A stretch of DNA of 64,000 bases from Callorhinchus milii (taxonomy: Eukaryota), in NCBI RefSeq assembly GCF_018977255.1, contig NW_024704742.1, positions 33,234,001-33,298,000 of the forward strand, written 5' to 3'. The position numbers were made by a program, and so were the translations under genes. Of the stretch, positions 60,811-64,000 are shown piece after piece. Each line of letters starts with the position of its first letter. Position 1 is the stretch's first letter. The notes below the pieces were generated by a model. The model made no database searches and was not told the DNA's origin. It saw only the letters and a list, made by a program, of their open reading frames with translations.

Positions 60811-62224
60811 TCCAAATGCAAAGATTATGTAGCATTGATCCACAGTTTATGCAGCCAATTGTTTAAATAGTAAGGAAGCTATTTTCAAATATTATCAATA
60901 ACATCTTTTGCTAGCTCAGTAAACATGCTAAGCCAATTCAAGGATTATTATTATTATATCCCCCAATCCCTTTACTGTCAACATTTTTCTGAAACTATTT
61001 TGAAACTGCAACCACTAATATTTTAAAAAATCAGTTTGAGATTCAACCACCCTTCCAGGCAACCTGTTTTAGTCATTAATTCCCTCTGGGTAAAGATGAC
61101 AAGTTTATGATCTGAGCCTTTAGTCACGAAAAGAATTTGGTAGGAAATGTCAATTATTATAGTTTCCATATCAAATGATTGATAGTGTTCCCACTCATGA
61201 TCAACAACTCTGAAATTGTTGATGTAAGTGTATCAATTAATACCTCATTTGCAGTGAATTAAGAATCAACTTACTACATTCTGAATGTAAATTAACAATA
61301 ATATTTCTTTGAAATACAAACAGAACTGAAAAAACCTTTATACAATACAAATTTATATTTATGTCACACCTTTTATGTCAGGATGACATCCTAGAGCTCT
61401 TAATAGTATTGACTGGGCACCTGAGCTGAGGGTGAGAGCTGAGAAAGATGATTGAAAGCATAGTCAAAGACGGATGTCTTCAGAAAAACCTTGAAAAAGT
61501 GAGGGATGGAGTCGGAAGCCCTCTGGGATGGAGTTCCAGAGATTGGGGGTAGAAAGGCTAAAAGCCTGCCCACTAATGGTGTGGCTGGTAGAGCGATAGA
61601 CATAAAACAGGTCAGTGCTTGTTGAGCACAGGGATGTTTTATGATGGTGTTTTGCTTCAACCAGGGTTTAGAACTTCCCTCATTAGAAAATAGTATTGTT
61701 AGAAAAGATGACACCTTGTATCATGTAATTTAGCCGAAACATCCTCATTTTGATTTGAAATGGAAGTATGTGCAGAAGGCTTAATTTGCATCATTTTGGT
61801 AACCTCTCTATTTTCATCACTAAACAAGAGGGAAAAAAATCCTATATAAAAAAAATGGATCAGATAGTGACATAAGCGACATATCAACTTACATTTTAAT
61901 AACCATTTACTTGTTTTTGCTTGTACACAACTGATTCACTCACTCAAAAATATTTGTGGAGACTTTGTCTTGTTTATTTATATTAGTTGCACAATATGTG
62001 TATGCCAAATATAAGGATTATTATTATTAATATTCATGAATCGTGATGGTAATTCAATGGTGAACAACAGTAAAATATCAGACCTAGTAGGGGATCTATG
62101 CAGTATTAAGTGACATCAGGGCTAAAACACTGTATTCGAGGCAGGAATTGCAAACACAAAGAGTCACACCTGCTGATAACTAGGGGTGCCCTGCGCCAAC
62201 TTTCACTCGGAGGTAGGTTGCAAT

Positions 62225-62740
62225 GACAACAACAACTTGCATTTATGTAGCATCTTTCACAGAGAACACTTGACAGTGGTGGATCTTGACGCCTAGCCGG
62301 GGAAAGAGGGTGGTGACTGTTAGCATGATAGAAGAGGAAGGGATTCAGGTGTGATCTGAAGATGGCAAGAAGGAAACAAAGCAGAGGGATTGAGGCCGAG
62401 AGTTCCATAGTTTCAGGTTGTAATAGTGGAAAGCATGGCCACCAATGGTGGAGCGGACAAGGGACGTGCAGAAGGCGGGAGCCAGCTGATCAAAGGTCGG
62501 ATTGCGGAGTGGGGAGTATGCCGATTGGAGAAGTAGGGAAATGCCATGGCATGAAGTGATTTGTACACAAGTGTGAGGATCTTGAAATTGATCCATTCTG
62601 CAATAGGTAACCAGTGGAGCCTAGTACGGACTGGGGTGAAGGGGGCACAGAGTTTGGTGTGAGTGAGGATACAGGCAGTGGAATTTTGAATTATTTGGAT
62701 TTTATGAATGGTGAATCTGTGAAGACTACTGAGGAGGTGT
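62225..62740 (-). mobile_element. L2-clade LINE 3' end
   Basis: Similar to 12328-12712 (caacaacttgcattta tail, gaggatcttgaa). Confidence 0.7.
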
Positions 62741-63064
62741 GGATCGATGAAACTATGTTAACTTGAACATTATGCTGTTGTACTGCTATATATTTTGTCT
62801 AAAATGAATAATTACTCAACATTTGCACCTGTGAATTTCACTATTAAACTGCATCAAAAATAGGCATTGGACACGATATGAACATTCATGATCTGCGCTG
62901 ATTACAGAGGTGGGTTTGATTTGAGAGGAGAGAATTCTAGCCTTCCTTGGAATACACAGATCATTTTTCTTTATAGCTGACATTGCACAATTCAATCTGA
63001 CTGCTTATACATTTCCCCCCCATAAGCAGAAATATTTTCGTAATTTATTAATTGATCCCGTTGT

Positions 63065-63372
63065 GGAGTCCTGTAGTTCAGTGGTTAGAGCACTCGCCTT
63101 GCAAGTGAGAGACCTGGATTCGATTCCTGGCAGGTCGAAACCTTGGGCAAATTTCCTTACTTCACACGCTTGATAATAATCCCTCAACAAAAAAAATAAT
63201 AATAATTTGGTCACTCAATCCACGACTGTTTGTGGTTCACTGCTGTGTGCAATTGGCTGCTGCGTTTCGCCCATAAATATCCAGTCAATTTACTTTACAG
63301 TATATTCTATGAAGCGCTTTGAGACGTCTAGAAGAAGTGAAAAGCGCTATATCAAATGCAAGGATTATTATA
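63065..63372 (+). mobile_element. Near full-length tRNA-derived SINE
   Basis: A-box TAGTTCAGTGG, TGC anticodon-like loop, B-box GATTCGATTCC, followed by the shared 3' module and ATT tail. Confidence 0.8.
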
Positions 63373-63514
63373 TTATGTAACCTTGGTTGTGAGCATCAGA
63401 ATTTTTAAAAATGAGTAATGTCTGTGTGTGTCTTGTAATTACTTTAATGTCCTTGATCATGTTTGTTGTAAATGGGTAGAAAGAGGTTGCGTAACCAGAT
63501 GGTCTTTGTATGTA

Positions 63515-64000
63515 GATGACCCTGCGGGAATGGGAGGAGTGTCACTCGAACCAAGAGAGTGAGGTCCCACTGAGGTGGATGAGGGAGGAAAGGCAGTGGA
63601 GGAAGATGGCGTGATCGACTGTATCGAACGCAGCAGAGAGGTCCGGGAAGACAAGGTGGCAGAGGGAGCCCTGGTCAGAGAGAGAGGCCATAATTTATGA
63701 CTTTAACAAGACGCTGTCTCGTTGCTGTGAGCAGGGCGCAAATTGACTTAAGGAGCTCAAGGAGGGGGTAGAGGGAGAGGTGTGAGCGAAGTTGATTGGC
63801 AACAATCTATTCCAGAACTTTAGCAAGGAAAAACAAGTTGTGAATAGGCCGGTAGTTTCAGGTTAGAGGGATTGAGGATGGGATTTTTGAGGAGTGTGTG
63901 ATGACAGTGGCTTTGAGGGGGAGTGGGAAGGAGCCTGAGGAGAGGAACTGGACAATTGTGTTTACCATCAGGCGGCAAAGGAGGGGGAGTTGGGTGACAG
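63515..64000 (-). mobile_element. Degraded L2-clade LINE RT fragment
   Basis: Similar to 1-322 (ggcagagggagccctggtc, gatgacagtggcttt); runs to the window edge. Confidence 0.7.

Noticed and set aside
63065..63140. Possible tRNA-Ala gene
   Set aside because: The acceptor stem does not pair well and the sequence continues directly into a multi-copy SINE body, so it is a SINE head.

Overview
The window is intron-rich vertebrate genomic DNA, most likely from a cartilaginous fish (inferred from the Deu-domain SINE, CR1/L2 fragments and the palindromic Penelope-type repeat). It contains the 3' two-thirds of an ankyrin-2 (ANK2, ankyrin-B) gene on the minus strand. I traced 25 exons by hand with GT-AG boundaries and mutually consistent phases. 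They run from the linker after the ANK repeats (59898) through ZU5-A/ZU5-B/UPA, a 5,826-nt giant neuronal exon, the death domain and the C-terminal regulatory region to an extended C-terminus (567). The ANK-repeat exons and the last exon lie outside the window. The introns hold many SINE, CR1 and L2 fragments and an 18-bp minisatellite. The most interesting signal is a hidden layer of candidate isoform switches that the ORF track misses: a phase-matched 180-nt cassette exon, an internal ATG-bearing first exon, 12/15/33/36-nt microexons, a duplicated pair of terminal exons, possible truncating exons after the giant exon, and a minisatellite whose variant units create six Rbfox motifs. There is also a hammerhead-ribozyme core inside a long hairpin next to the 22-nt microexon. 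These candidates are predicted from sequence only, and comparisons to mammalian ankyrins are from memory, not from alignments.
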